A stretch of DNA of 64,000 nt from Zootoca vivipara (GCF_963506605.1 NC_083282.1:34038001-34102000); one strand, 5' to 3'. Shown: positions 24,784 through 38,218, counted from the stretch's first letter. Notes: generated by a model from the letters alone, not told the origin. Made by a program: numbers and translations.

Positions 24784-25698
24784 GAATGACTAAGAAGCTT
24801 AGCTATGAATCGGCACTATCATTAACTCAACGATGAATTCAGTTAGGTAAGCCCCACCCCTCATTTAGTTCCTTCCCCATGTGGGTAATTCTGTGTGCTT
24901 TACAAGGATGCTGTGAGGATTATAACAGAGTAATGTATTTAACACTTGAATGGGGCTGTGCCCCTGATCATTCCAATTGTCATCTCCCCTGCCACCTTCA
25001 CAATAACCTCTTAGATCAGGGCAACCCAATTTATATCAAGTGGGCTGCAATAGTACTTTGATGCAGATACCCATGGGCCACACATAGCCTTGTCATGCAG
25101 GATGGGGGAAGCAAGGCCAAAATTGGACGACCCCCTCCCCCAGCCCTCCCATTCTCTTCACAAAGCTGGCTAAGCAAGGTGCTGGGCTATGGGAAGGAGG
25201 CACAAGGCTCTGTCAGGGTCCAGGAGCCCCCCCCCCTTCCGAAAGCTGGGAAAGTGCTAAGTAGGCTTTGGGAAGGAGGTGCATATTCTCTAGCTTTTTC
25301 AAGCCACTCCCATATCCTCATAGCTCTTTAAACCCCTTATTTTGCGAACTGCCCTGAGATAATTTGATGAAGGGTGGTATATAAATTTAATAAATAAATA
25401 GATGAGTAAAACCCCATCATATCCTCACAACTCTTCTGTTCCCTGCTCTAGTCAAACTTCTTCTCTTATTTAAAACTGCCTTTTTAAAAACAACAACAAC
25501 TGCATTTTCTTTTGCTCTCCTGCCAAGCCCTGAGTTTACACAAATCCAGGATTGTGATGGGGCACTTACATATCCTCTAGTGGGACTGCACGATGACAGC
25601 CTTACATTGTTATTTATATAGGAAGATATAACTCAAAATCGAAAATGAGGTAACATCATATAACGCTGAATGCAAAAATCTGTGGAAAAGATGAGCCC

Positions 25699-25954
25699 TG
25701 TGATATATGGCATGTAAAGGGTTAAAATGAGATTGACTGTTACACAATTGCTCCTTAGCGGGTGGGATTTATGGTGTGCTTGTGTGGATCAGTCCTCTAC
25801 CAATTTAGTTTGGTGCAAGCCAGAATCAGAGCTATTTGTTTTTCCTCTGTAGTTCAGCAACTGCTTTTTTTGGTTTATGCTGTGGTGTAGGGTTAACAGG
25901 AAGGTGTGCAACCATGTGAGTAGATACACAAAGGATCCACCGAACCATATTGCA
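25699..25954 (+). mobile_element. Gypsy 5' LTR
   Basis: TGTGATATATGG...CCATATTGCA imperfect inverted termini, immediately followed by a primer binding site. Confidence 0.7.
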
Positions 25955-28040
25955 TGGTGTCAGAGCTGTGCCTGTTCCCCATAGACATCTCAGCACAGTG
26001 GTTATGGCACGAAAATGAGTTTCCAGGGAAGCTGGTACTTCAGGGCAATGTGGCCAGCAACGGGAGAAAGTGGAAGCAGGAATTTGAAGTATACAGCATT
26101 GTTTGCGATGCAGTTATAAAGGATGGTGAATCTAAACTGCCCTATTTCTGCATGTGCCTGGGGAAGAGGCTAGGAAGGTTTTCAATATCTTTCAGTTCAC
26201 CAAATAGTCAGATAAGCAAAATACATCATTTGTTACCAGCAAATCTGAGGCCTACCACACTCCTAAAAAGAATGACTTGACAGAAACAAGTTCTTCACAT
26301 GAATTCAGATGGAAGGGGAAAGCACTAATCACTATGTCACTGATTTAAAGATTCTTGCACAAACTTGTGAGTTTAGATAATTGCTTGTCTTCCTCATTAA
26401 ATAACCATGCTGTTTGTAGAGCATGCTCAGGCAGGCTGAGGGCTAGGTTTCTAAGAATCCTTTATTTAAATCCTATCTTGTGCTGTAGACATTTGAATTA
26501 ATCAACTCCTGGACAAGGACCATAATCCTTTGCGGATGCTGTGCAAAAGGTATCCACTGCTCCCTGTGTTCCAGTTACTGTTGCTGGCAAGCCTATTTAT
26601 TTCTAACTGGACACTGGTGCAGAGGATGTGGCCAAATTATTGCACAAGAAGGTGAAATCAATCCCAGCAAGTGTCACCCTGACTGCATTTGGAGGGACAA
26701 GAATTACACCAAGAGGATCATTCGTAGCCTTTTGCAAGAAAGGTGTTTTGAGGTGGACCATGCAGCATGTGAGGCTATGCAACTCATCAGGTGTGTGAAT
26801 GAAGATCATGCCACTTGGCCACTGCTAAAGACATAGCTCCTTACAGCACACTCTGTTTTTGCTGGTCTAAGACACTTTCCAGGTGTGCATCACATTTATG
26901 TGGACTAAGTTGTGCCCCTAGTTGTTTATGGATGCAGGAATATCTCCAACACCACAGGGGACCAACTGCAACCAGCCCCACAGTACCTCAAGTTCCTTGG
27001 GTCATCTCTAAAGTGACCAAGTCTATGTCCTGAACCACTGGCTTACCTGGCAGCAAATCCAAAGGTCGGGGTCAAGCCACACAACCAAAGTCCAAAGCTC
27101 GGGAAATGCAGTCCACAGTCAATCCAAGTAGCCAAATCTGAAGTGCAGCAGTCAGAATACAGTCCAGAGTCAAACCCAAAGCAGAGTCCCATAGAGTCCA
27201 GGAGCATTCAAGCCAAAGTCTATCAACAGGGGCAGTTGAGCAGACATAGCACCTCAGCTCTGCTTCCCTCTTTGCTTGCTGATTGCAGCATCTGGGCTTG
27301 ATGAGGCTTGTGACCCTCACCTGTTCTGAGCCTACTCCAGATGAGGAATCACATGCCTTCTCCTGGAGCTAATGAGCCCCACCTGGCCAGCTGGGAGCTG
27401 GGCTGTGGGCTATTGTCTGCCCCAGCCTCCTAGAACGCCCCTCCCTCTGCTCCCTACATCTCAGAGCCCACAGTGTTCATGGGGACACATGAACTCTGGC
27501 TCTGGTGATGGGTCATGCTGCTCTGGTTTCCGTGCATCAATCCCCTGTCACCTTGTGAGTACATCCTTCCCCATCCCCTGCTTGCCCCAGTGTGTCCGAG
27601 TCCTGGCTACACCCCTCGCTGGACCCTCTTTCTCCTCCCCATCATCCTGCCAGTTCATGACAGCCTATAGGATAGGTGAGTAGCTGAAGTATACAAAAGA
27701 AGAATGGGTCACTTAGGCTGTGTCCTGACCCTAGAACTTCAAGAAGGCTGTCAGGAGACCATTTTACATTCACACAGATATCGATGTCCAGAGAAACTTG
27801 GCAAGGAAGAAACCCTTCGTCATCCTCAATGGAAAATATGACTACTGGCAATGGATAGGAGACCCAGCCAGATGGGTGGGATGTAAGTAATAAATTATTA
27901 TTATTATTAAGCTGTGGACTGATGCTAGGTGACAGCAAAGTGGATGCCATTAATGAAATGCCTCCACTGGGTTATAAAAAGGCTTGGCAACAGTTCTTGG
28001 ATATTGTTCAGTATTTGGCTGAGTTCATTCCCTCTTACCG
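25955..28040 (+). mobile_element. Decayed Gypsy internal region (PBS, gag, protease, RT remnants) with nested insertions
   Basis: PBS tggtgtcaga complementary to a tRNA-Leu 3' end; gag-like LQGNVASNGRKWKQEFEVY; protease motif F*LDTGAE at 26601-26624; RT-like KVDAINEMPP and QFL..VQYLAEFIP near 27935-28032. Confidence 0.75.
27026..27662. mobile_element. Solo LTR nested inside the Gypsy remnant
   Basis: Termini TGTCCTGAAC...GTTCATGACA (9/10 inverted match); 5-bp flanks gtcta/gccta. Confidence 0.7.
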
Positions 28041-28074
28041 TGAAATGTGGTAAGTTGTCCTGAACAACTAGCTT

Positions 28075-28257
28075 TAATCCTTCTCGCAGTGGTACCTATT
28101 TATCTGCTTGCACTGGCATGCTTTCGAGCTGCTAGGTTGGCAGGATCTGGGACAGAACAATAGGAGCTCACCCCGTTGTGGGGGGATTTGAATCACTGAC
28201 CTTCTGATCAGCAAGCCCAAGAGGCATGGTGGTTTGACCACAGCGCCACCCACTCCC
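28075..28257 (-). mobile_element. Sauria SINE, 5' half
   Basis: Reverse complement of the head and core of the 7506 element. Confidence 0.85.
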
Positions 28258-29399
28258 CTAAAGAGTGTCATATTTTTTTATTTTGTGTGTGTGTGTGTGT
28301 TTGACAGCAAGAAATCTGTTTTCATTACCTCTCCAGCTTCTTCTATGTTTAACCACTTCATGCAAATATTCTGCAATAAAGAATGACGTAATTTAATAAT
28401 TTAATCATATTTCCTTGTCAATCCAAAATTTAGAACTGCAGATACTTTCACATCATACCCGTTGCAATCTAGGTGACAAACCAGGGGAAGGAACCCTCCT
28501 TTTTTTTGGTGGGAAAATCCCTTATTCCAAGCCACAGCTGTCAACCTTCCCTTTTTTTGCTGGAAATTCCCTTATTCCAGCGCCGTTTCCAGCTGCTATC
28601 CTGGATTGTTAGATATACTGTAGACTTTCCCTGGGACAGGTGAGGCTGCTGTTCCCTTGTTTTCAAATCCAAAAGTTGACAACAATAGGAAGTGGGATTT
28701 GAATGTGCTCCAACTGACCTATTCATAGATTAGCAGACAAAAAGATTATTTAAGAAGTTATCCAAAATAACCTTATTTACCTATGATGTTTGTTCCTGTA
28801 TCACCGGCACAAAGAAGAGTTGGGATTAGGAACTGAGAATGACTTACTTGTAGTGAAAGGCTTCAGTAACATCACATTTTGTTTTTAGTGATTTGTGCAG
28901 CCACTCTTGGGAAGTTTTCCAACGCATGAAAAACTACGGTATGTGTTTATAAGATAAAATATAGAATTAAGACCACTACTGCATAGACGTTTTACAACAG
29001 TAACTTCTGCTTTCCAGCCACCACCAGGAGGCAAATGGCTCTTCTGTATTAATTTTCAGGTACCCAAACAGTTTTGCTTACATTTTACTGCTCTCTGCAA
29101 TGCTGATAAAATGGGCATTTCATTTGTGGGGAACTGGTTTAAGATATTGGTGTATGTTGGTTTGTCATTTAATACCAATTGGTGTTGAGATGGAGGCTAA
29201 GGAAAATTATGAAGCCCGTCAAATAAATGTGTTTGTTTCCTATTTATTACGTTTATACCCTGCTTTTCAGAAATATTTTCCATGGGGCAACTTGTAAGTT
29301 TTTAAAAACCTGCTGAGTTTTATAGAAATTAATGGGGCACAACACTGCCATAATTTGCTGCAGGGAATGAGACTGTTCTTAAGGTAGAAAATCTGTTTC

Positions 29400-31247
29400 A
29401 CCCTCTGCGTTCTTATGTATTTATTAATCAGTAAGAGATTTACCTACCGGTAATTCAGTATCATGTCTCTACCAGTGACTAGTATGTGTGTTTGTTGTTG
29501 AGTGATTCATACCTTGTTCACTACCACCAATGGTGACGTTTAAAAATTCTGCATTAAACATGCAACTGAAGCACAGTAGATAACTAAAAAGAACATCTAG
29601 GAAGGCCCAACCTAAGTCATGCTTTAATTTATTCACTTCATATAAAAATCTCTTAAGAATGCATCTGAACACAATATATAATACTATAACAACATACATT
29701 GTGTGAAACTTTGAAACAAAATAACCACCTGGAACAATGCAGTGTTCAATAGACATACAAACCCATTGATCATGCACAACTGTGCTATTTCATCAACTAG
29801 TTAGTCACAAGTTGGACTGAAAGCTTGGAACATAGTTTTACAAACTGAGATTGGCACTGTATACATGCCTAACAAGCTTTGTTGGAAGAAGTTTCACAGC
29901 ACAATTATAACACCAGTTCACATTTTGTCATAGAAATTCACATTGGGTTGTTCATTAATTGGAAACTGACACTTAACATTTTGTGGCATTTTACTGTAGG
30001 TTTCTTTTTCAAAGTTTCAGTAGTTTCACATCATCTGAACAGATGATTCTAAATATTTCTCCATCACCCACCAACTGTGATGATTTCCCAAATGCCAATG
30101 AAAATGAAACCCCCGTGAGCCAATGCTACCTGAATGCCCTCTCTGGGTTCAATATGTCTCTTTTAAGCTATGTTCAGGTTTTTCTACTTTATGCAATACA
30201 AAAGGTTACAAGAAAGGCAACTCTTATGCAGAGTATTCTACACAAGTAACATCACCACTGACAGGCAATGTTAATTTATATAAATTAATACTTACAAAAC
30301 ATTACATTATATACATTAAGTAATAAATACACTGTTATAAACAGTACTGGACATGTTAGAGCTCAAGGCAAGTGCAAGAGAGAGAAGGGGACATGAACAG
30401 TGGGGAAGAGAAAACACAAAGGACCAAGCGTGCAACTTCCACCGAGTTTTTTAAAAATAAAATAAGGGGAGGAGAATGTACATCACATTACCTCAGTATG
30501 TTGACTTTTACATGTGCTGTATTGTGCTATGGAACAGAAAGCTACACTTTATCCTGTGCACAAGAAAGGTCAAAAACAATTAAGGGGGGGGGCATGTTTC
30601 AGTAGCTAACAACACAGGTTTTGCAGGGTTGATAAAGTGACCAATGGTGCAGTAATGCAAAGAGGGCACCCTGCTTTATTTAGCAAGTCAATGTGATTAA
30701 ATTGCAATAAAGAAACAAGTATTGCCCCTACAAAGGAAGACCTATTTCATTAAAACAGGAATATTTTTTTAAAAAATTATACATCAATATCAAACATACT
30801 TTGTTGTGTACTTAGTAGGATTCTTGAAAAGACGTGGAAGTTTTTTTATAAAAAAGGCACACGGGTCTGCAGACAGGTGGACAAGTTTTAAATGCAGAGT
30901 TACAAATCAGTAGTTCTAGATGCCAGACCTGTCTAGATTTCAAAATCTCTCAAGAATAGAAAATATTTCAGTCGAGTGTTGTTCACGATCAGGCTTGTTC
31001 AGTTACAACTCGTACTGGTTCCAGATTTTGTGTTTTTGGCTGACAAAGCTTAAGCTGCAATATAAATCACCTGTTGATTTCCTGAGCAATCACTACATGC
31101 TCTTTAACCCTGACTCCAATCTCAAGTAGCTGGAAAGGTCTTTTAGCCAATGGTAGGTGCTGGCCTAAGACCTCGATTTCAGGCTAGTTAGCAAGACAAC
31201 CTGCATGTGCATGAAGTATTTAAATTCACCCTTACAGATACAATATA
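29400..31247 (-). other. PDE4B: PDE4B 3'UTR
   Basis: Follows the TAA stop; no recognisable TEs; AU-rich with multiple miRNA seed matches. 3' end inferred. Confidence 0.7.
29420..29425 (-). terminator. Candidate distal PDE4B polyadenylation signal (AATAAA)
   Basis: tttatt on the plus strand at the end of the repeat-free, AU-rich 3'UTR. Alternative AATAAA hexamers at 29628-29633 and 30675-30680. Confidence 0.55.
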
Positions 31248-31613
31248 TTAGGTATCGATAGGTGATGTATCTTCTGTCACAATTTCTATATTAGCTTCAC
31301 TTTGGGAACCCCTTCTTCCTGGGTCAATCACACAGAGTGTCTTTGTACTGCTGAAGTAGCTGATACCATCACTTTCTTTCTCAGGCCCATCAGAGTCCTC
31401 TTCTTCAAGCGTAAGCTCAAACTGGAACTTCTCCATCAGGCCCTGGCAGTCTCTGTTGCGTTCATCAAGGGGAGGAGAAGGGCTCTGAGGGATCATGCTC
31501 TGGTACCAATTCCTGTTATCTTCTAGAGTGTCCAGGATATCTTGGGCGTCCGGCTGTACTAGGTCTGCCCACGTCTCCCAAAGCGGGTGGACAATGTAAT
31601 CAATGAAGCCAAC
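31248..31613 (-). CDS. PDE4B: PDE4B terminal coding exon (VGFIDY...PQSP...FQF...SPIDT*)
   Basis: AG acceptor at 31615-31614; 366 nt including TAA; ERK site PQSP, FQF docking motif and PDE4B-specific tail [12 protein letters not shown]. Confidence 0.97.
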   Translation of the reverse strand, partial: VGFIDYIVHPLWETWADLVQPDAQDILDTLEDNRNWYQSMIPQSPSPPLDERNRDCQGLMEKFQFELTLEEEDSDGPEKESDGISYFSSTKTLCVIDPGRRGSQSEANIEIVTEDTSPIDT

Positions 31614-32790
31614 CTGCAAAGCAATAGAAAGCACGAGTCTAAATTTGTTAAGAACAAAAGAAAGAATTGTAAGAAAATACACAACATGAAAAGCCGCTGC
31701 TATAATGGGTGTAAAATGTGGTGAACTGCATTTAAGCTTGAAAAAATAATAATAGAGAAACGCAGAGCTAAAATTGACAAGTCCTTCCATCCCTACAGTA
31801 CCTCTGATGTGAAGTTTTGTAATTGTTTATAACTGTTAACAGACTTTGCACAATGCACTGTATCTTTGGACAGAAGCAGAGGGGTGGATGATCTTTCCCT
31901 TTAGTATTTATAATCTCGTCTACCAGGAAAGAGAAAGGAGGCAACTGCTCTTACACCCAGCCCCTTGCACTCAGTGTGGGGATACAGTAATGTTCTGTGG
32001 AAATGGTGTGTCATTGTGGGGAAAGAATGATGCCTTCACGTTTAGTCTGATGAGTAAGCTCTGAGCTGAGTTAGTTCTAAGTTGCTTGACAGCAGGAAGT
32101 GTGGAAGAGAGAAAACTGAATGGCCATAAAAGCTATCGCCTTCCGCCTGGCCAAAGTTTGTCACTTAATTCCAAAAGCTGCTGGACGGCAACTTTACAGA
32201 GCAGGAAAACAGCTCTCCAAGGAGCCCATCGCAGTCCTAGGATGTTTGGTTTGGAAATCACATTTGCCTTCTTCAGACACAACAGGATGTTAAATGAGCC
32301 ATTATAATTCCATTGTAACCACTGAGACAGCTTAAGCCAAAAGGTGACGAAAACTTCCTGCAGAGTATGCTCAGGAGAGACCTTTAAGTTAAATAGCTTT
32401 GCCTGGTTATTAGAAGGTGGGGTTCTTCGGCATTTTATAGTCATAAAGAAACGCAACTGGAAATGTTTCAACATTTTAAACACTAAGTTGAAAGTTTATT
32501 CTCTTAGCAGACAACTTGAACCAGGAAAATGCATAGACTTTGCTTTACCTGTTTTGGGATTGTAAAGGACATTGTTTAATCTTTTTGTGCTATCTTTTCC
32601 ATTATTATTATTAATGTTTTTTTCCAACTTGACTTTCCCCCAATGAATTAAGGGTAGCAGGCATTTTATCCTCACAATTTTTGCTATTTTTACCCTGTGA
32701 AGTAGGTTAGCCAGTGTGAGATAGACCAGCCAAAGATAACCTAGTGAGTACTCGGTCCCTACAGTTTAATAAGTTCCACTGCTCAAGCCC

Positions 32791-32926
32791 AGGCATAGCC
32801 AATGTGGTGTCCTTCAGATGTTGTTTAATTACCACTCCCATCTTTTCTGACCATTGGTAATGTGAGCTGGGACTGATGGGAATTTCAGCCTAACAACATC
32901 TGGAGAACACTGTATTGGCTACTCCT
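32791..32926. mobile_element. Degenerate hAT-type MITE
   Basis: ggcatagccaatgtggtgtccttcagatgtt...aacatctggagaacactgtattggctactcc palindromic layout. Confidence 0.6.
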
Positions 32927-33273
32927 AATATAGTCATTACCGCAAAATGGTTCTCAAGCATTTGCAACTAGAATTGGGAATATGAAAAAAAAGTGATTAT
33001 ATCCCTCACACAATGGAGATGTTCACAGCTGACAGTGGAGGATTTTCTGCTAAGTCCGCAAAGGTTTCAGAGACATCTAGATATTTGGAATCAATCTGTG
33101 TTCAGCACCAGATACAAAAATAAACCTTCGGGAATTACCAGTAAATGCAAGTAACATGAAATTTGGGGGGGGGGGACATCTACCCCACCTTAAAAAAACT
33201 CACACTCATGGCAAAACCCCAACTGAATATGGTGTGTGTGTGTGGGGGGGGGGGGTAAAGTAAAGTAAAATAC

Positions 33274-33456
33274 CTGTGACTTCTCTACAGAAGCTGTGTG
33301 CTTGTCACACATTGGGCTGATTTCCATTCCTCTCTCCCGTTCTTTGTCCCCCTGGTGGAAAAATTCATCCATGATTCTGTCTGTCCACTGTCGATAGAGT
33401 TCAAGGGATTTCGTGGGATTACTTAAATCAGCACAATGGACCATATTTCGGAGAAC
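33274..33456 (-). CDS. PDE4B: PDE4B exon ([14 protein letters not shown]...VEKSQ), 183 nt
   Basis: AG/GT boundaries, phase 0/0; contains the metal-ligand Asp and the invariant Gln. Confidence 0.97.
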
Positions 33457-34199
33457 CTGTAATTGCATAACCTGCATTAATATGAAGGCTCACATAATCA
33501 GGCAGAATAGGAAAAAACACACATTTCATTCTCTACTTGCTGGCACATCCTGTAAAATTTCACATTAAAAGAAGAACATTTTGATCACAAAAAATACCCT
33601 TATTTTGGAGTATTTTATAAAAAGAGAACATTAAAACACATTTTTACTAAGTCAAGTCACCCTAATTAACTGTGGACATGCATGATGAGCAATAATTTGG
33701 GTCTGTGCAAGCTGAACTAACACTCTACTGAATACTCAAGTGCAAAACTAAACTAAAACTAAAACTAAACCCCAGAAGTGGGATTAAATCAGGGACTAGG
33801 AGTCAAGAGTCCTGTTTCATGGGTCATGGAGGCAAGGATTCCAAACCTGAAGGGATGGAGGATGCAGGACCAGCCCCAAAAGTGCTGTGGGACCATTGCC
33901 TCTCCAATCCAAGGATGCAGCACTGCCATTCTTGGACTTGGAAGACTTTACAGCAGATGACCTGAGGCTCCTCTGCTCCATTGCAGTAGAAGATTATTGG
34001 GGAAGGCTTGGTTCTTTTAAGTAAAGCAGCCCCCTGCAGTGCAGGCAGAGTTACCATTAAGGCTTTAGTTGTTGCTGCTATATAAGGGCTCAGTTTATTC
34101 CTTGCTGGAGTGACTTCAGAGCTCTGCCTTGTGTCTTGCCTGAACCTCTCCTTTTCTTAGATCCTGGTTGGGCCTTGCCTGAACATCACCACAGAGCAG

Positions 34200-34835
34200 G
34201 ACAAACATCTGCTTATACCAGCTGTACGTGCTCCCGGTGGAGTACAGGATCAGGTTTAAGGTGTTGGTTTTAACCTTTAAAGCACTACACGGCCTAGGAC
34301 CATCATACCTACAGGACCGCCTCTCCTGGTATGCCCCACGGAGGACCCTACGGTCTACAAATAACAACACCCTGAAGATCCCGAGCCCCAGGGAGATTAG
34401 ACGGACCTCAACCAGAGCCAGGGCCTTTTCGGTTGTGGCCCCGGCCAGGTGGAACGCTCTCTCACAAGAGACCAGGGCCCTGCGAGATTTGACATCTTTT
34501 CGGAGGGCCTGCAAGAGAGAACTGTTCTGCCAGGCCTTTGGCCAGTGTTCAGTCTGACTCATTTCCTCTTTGTATGAACAAGTATGAAGGAGGTTTCCCA
34601 GCCCACTCACAGGTCCTTATAATATCAGTGAAAAGAGCTGGTCCTTGCGAGTATTAACCGCTTTCACTTTTAACTTGAGGGTGGCCATTTGTCCAGTCTA
34701 ATTTTAATTTTAATTTATTTGAATTAATTTTGGGGTGTTTGTTTGTTTTTATGTATATTGTGTTTTATATGATGTTAGCCGATCTGAGCCCAGCTCCGGC
34801 AGGGGAGGGCGGGATACAAATAAATTTTATTATTA
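34200..34835 (+). mobile_element. L2 LINE 3' fragment with tail
   Basis: LPVEYRIRFKVLVLTFKALHGLGPSYL...RAFSVVAPARWNAL (L2 ORF2 C-terminus); 3' stem and (tta)n tail. Confidence 0.88.
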
Positions 34836-34978
34836 TGTGTTACTTCACAGGAAACCTCTATCCTACCCTTTAGCTTAGAGTTGCATTCAACATTACTTTA
34901 TGCTGCTTGTGCCTTAAAGATACAAGTGTGGAAGAAAGAAAAGTGTCCAGACTTTCGTGTCTTGAATCTGATGCAAGA

Positions 34979-35031
34979 TCAGTTGGGAGAGTGTTAGACT
35001 GAAGATCTAAAGGTCCCTGGTTCATCCCTGG
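34979..35031 (+). pseudogene. tRNA-Phe(GAA)-derived fragment (pseudogene or SINE head)
   Basis: tcagttgggagagtgttagactGAAgatctaaaggtccctggttc-atccc matches the vertebrate tRNA-Phe D, anticodon and T arms; acceptor stem missing and T-loop has a deletion. Confidence 0.8.
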
Positions 35032-36873
35032 CATATCCTACAGAGTATTAGTATGGTACACAGTATTAGTATGGTAGTAAGACTGAGGTACCCAATTTCA
35101 AATTCTGTCTAAGCCATGGGATGAACTATCTCTCACCCAAACCTCCCTCAGTTAGTCTAAAATGTGTCACTTCAATTTTTTTTGCTGGCCTTTATAGAAG
35201 ACGTAATATGGCATGCCATATAATCTACCTCACATAGTTGCTGTGAGGATAAAACGGAAGACAAAACTACATTTACCAGCTTGAGCTCCTTGGAGGAAAT
35301 AAATCAAATGAAAAGTGGTTTTGTAGCACCTGAGCTGTCAAACTCCTGAGTCTGATTCAGAGTTTGTGACCCTGATTTATGCAGGATCACAGACAGTGCC
35401 TGCCAAGACTGGCATCTAGCTGGCCCTTTGTTTTTCCAAGCATTATAGATATCTGAATGTCTGTCTAGTCAAGTGTCTTCCACCCTACTTACTTCCTAGA
35501 AGCTGGAATATGTTCTTTATCTGTTGTAGCTCTAATTTGGTAGTGTGAAAAGAACTTAGCAGCAATGGAGGACAACTTAGCACAGGTTGATCACCCATGC
35601 TGGTGCAAAATTCTTAAATGTAATGCTTTGAGCTATGGAGGCTGAGCTCTAGTCCACATGGAAGGGAATTTTTACAGAAGGAATGGGGAACCTGTCCCCC
35701 TCCCACAATGCTGTCAGAGTCCAACTCCCATCAGTCCTGGTTAGCATGACCAATAGCGGGGGGTGATGGTGATTGGGAATCAGGATGGCCACAGGTTTAA
35801 TGTAGGAGATTCTGTGAAGGGATATTTTCCTTTCATATTTATGTAATGCTTATTTAGAAATGGGAATTCTGTGCCAACTGGGACAAACCTAGAACTGAAG
35901 AACAATGGGTTTGTCATGGGGGACTGTGCATTGCCACAAAGCTAGTTACCCTTCTGGCATATCTGTTGTGACAGATAATCTGTCTGAAGCACTGAGGAAC
36001 TGTTGGACAAATATTTCATCGAGATAAGGGTAAAATAAGTACCCTCATTAAAAAATATTTTTTTCAAGTCACAGAAATTTCTAGGAATATTCTGAAATGA
36101 ATGTTTCTAGGTGTATCATCAAAGTGGAAAAAGCAGGTCAGCTATTGGAATAGAGTCCCTGTCTTTAAGGAATAAACTTCTTCTTGCGATATTCTTAGCC
36201 ACCCATGACAATTCTTAATCCTTGGAAGTCATAAGCATGTGAAGAAGAAACTTTCAGATTGCACAACACTTGGCTGTACTGCAAATCCAAATGATCACTG
36301 AACTGATTATATTCCATATGACTCTGGGATCCTGTCTTCTCCAAGTGGGTTTGAAGAATGTAGGAAACCACAAACCACCAAATTCCTATCTTGTGGAGAG
36401 GTTTATATGATTATATAATTTACGTGCACAAATGTCAGTGTGCTTATCAGCTCAGTCATGTTTCCAACTGCAGTTGCAAGCACAGGGGAAATTTTGCGTT
36501 GCAACATCTACAATAGCATATAGTCAACGTTTGTCCCACCCAGTTTCCTCTTACTACCCCCTTTTTACTGGTGCAAGTCACTTCCACAGCCATTACTATG
36601 CCATGCTAAAGTTGCAGGTGGTCTTGTGTCCTCGCCATAGAAAGCTACCCCCCGCCCCACCCAACTAGCAGAAAATAGGCTGGCTTTTTCCACCAGAAGA
36701 ACAATGCAATGCCTTGTGCTAGAAGTCCTTTGATGCACAGCAGAGCAAACTATCAGGTTCTGGGCACACCTTCTCCACAATAACCCAAGAGTATAACTTG
36801 TTATGTTTTCTGTTTTGAGCCCTAAAGGAAGTCACAGTAAGCAGTATGCCTTTTTAAAAGAAAAGTAGCATCA

Positions 36874-37023
<150 letters not shown>

Positions 37024-37143
37024 CTATATGAAAAGAAAAATAATTGCTGTAAATGAAAGGAAGTAGAAACCTGAATTTCTGTTGCATACATTAGAAAAAT
37101 GAGCCGTAAGAAGTTTTCAGGGGGTAGGATACCAAATCCTTAC

Positions 37144-37298
37144 CATGTCTATCACCATTTTCCTGAGAGTTTGACGTTGCTTCTTGGTCAAGTTCTGGAA
37201 GATGTCGCAATGCTCTTCTTGTAGCAGCTTAAAACCCACAGCAAGGTGGTGATTTTCCAAGACTGACTCATCATTGTACATCAGAGCAAGCTCAGAAT
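37144..37298 (-). CDS. PDE4B: PDE4B exon ((N)[17 protein letters not shown]...VIDM), 155 nt
   Basis: AG/GT boundaries, phase 1/0. Confidence 0.97.
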
Positions 37299-37456
37299 CT
37301 GACCAAAAAACCCACAAAGAACAGATAATGTAACTCATTATTTCCTAAGGAAATTCAATTTCAGTATATTCAAGGCTTCGTGATTTAAAATGAATGTATT
37401 ATATTTATTACATGATAGTTTTTTTTAAAAAAAATCTAATTAGTAAATAAGTTTCA

Positions 37457-37618
<162 letters not shown>

Positions 37619-37840
37619 CTAAGGCAAAAATGAGCAATAGATAGATCATAATTTTGAACTCATTAACCATGCACACAGACATCAACAGAAACCAAGTCAT
37701 AGGCATTTCTTAAAGTAGGACTAGAGTTAACAAAACTGTTTTAGTCACACATTATTAAAATGACACAAACACTTTAAAACTACTGGCCACTTTCCATCCA
37801 TTCTGACACATTCTTCTGGGGTGCAGTAGACCCTGTATAC

Positions 37841-37943
37841 CAGGCATCCCCAAACTTGGCTCTCCAGATGTTTTGGGACTACAATTTGCATCATCTCTGA
37901 TCACTGGTCCTGTTAGCTGGAGGGCCAAGTTTGGGGGTGCTTG
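37841..37943. mobile_element. Internally deleted hAT MITE
   Basis: caggcatccccaaacttggc...gccaagtttgggggtgcttg. Confidence 0.8.
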
Positions 37944-38081
37944 CTTTATACCCACTACAGGTAATGTAACTGCACAAATATAAATCTACTGCATTCAATA
38001 TTAAGTTGCTCCATGTAAAAATTTAAATTTTGATATCAGAGTATTGCTGAGAAGTTCCATCTTAGAAAGCAAGTTCTAAAT

Positions 38082-38218
38082 CAGGCTTCGTCAACCTCAG
38101 CCCTTCAGATGTTTTGAGACTACAATTCCCATCATCCCTGACCACTGGTCCTGCTAGCTAGGGATCATGGGAGCTGTAAGCCAAAAAACATCTGGAGGGC
38201 CGAGGTTGAGGAAGCCTG
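38082..38218. mobile_element. hAT/Charlie-type palindromic MITE
   Basis: TIR caggcttcgtcaacctc...gaggttgaggaagcctg; TSD ttctaaat/gtctaaat. Confidence 0.88.

Noticed and set aside
31614-31790. Hydrophobic N-terminal extension of the 180-aa ORF, resembling a transmembrane PDE variant
   Set aside because: T-rich intron and polypyrimidine tract upstream of the true acceptor at 31614.
34116-34610. 164-aa minus-strand ORF inside a PDE4B intron
   Set aside because: Antisense frame of an L2 ORF2 fragment.
34979-35031. Functional tRNA-Phe gene
   Set aside because: No acceptor stem and a damaged B box.
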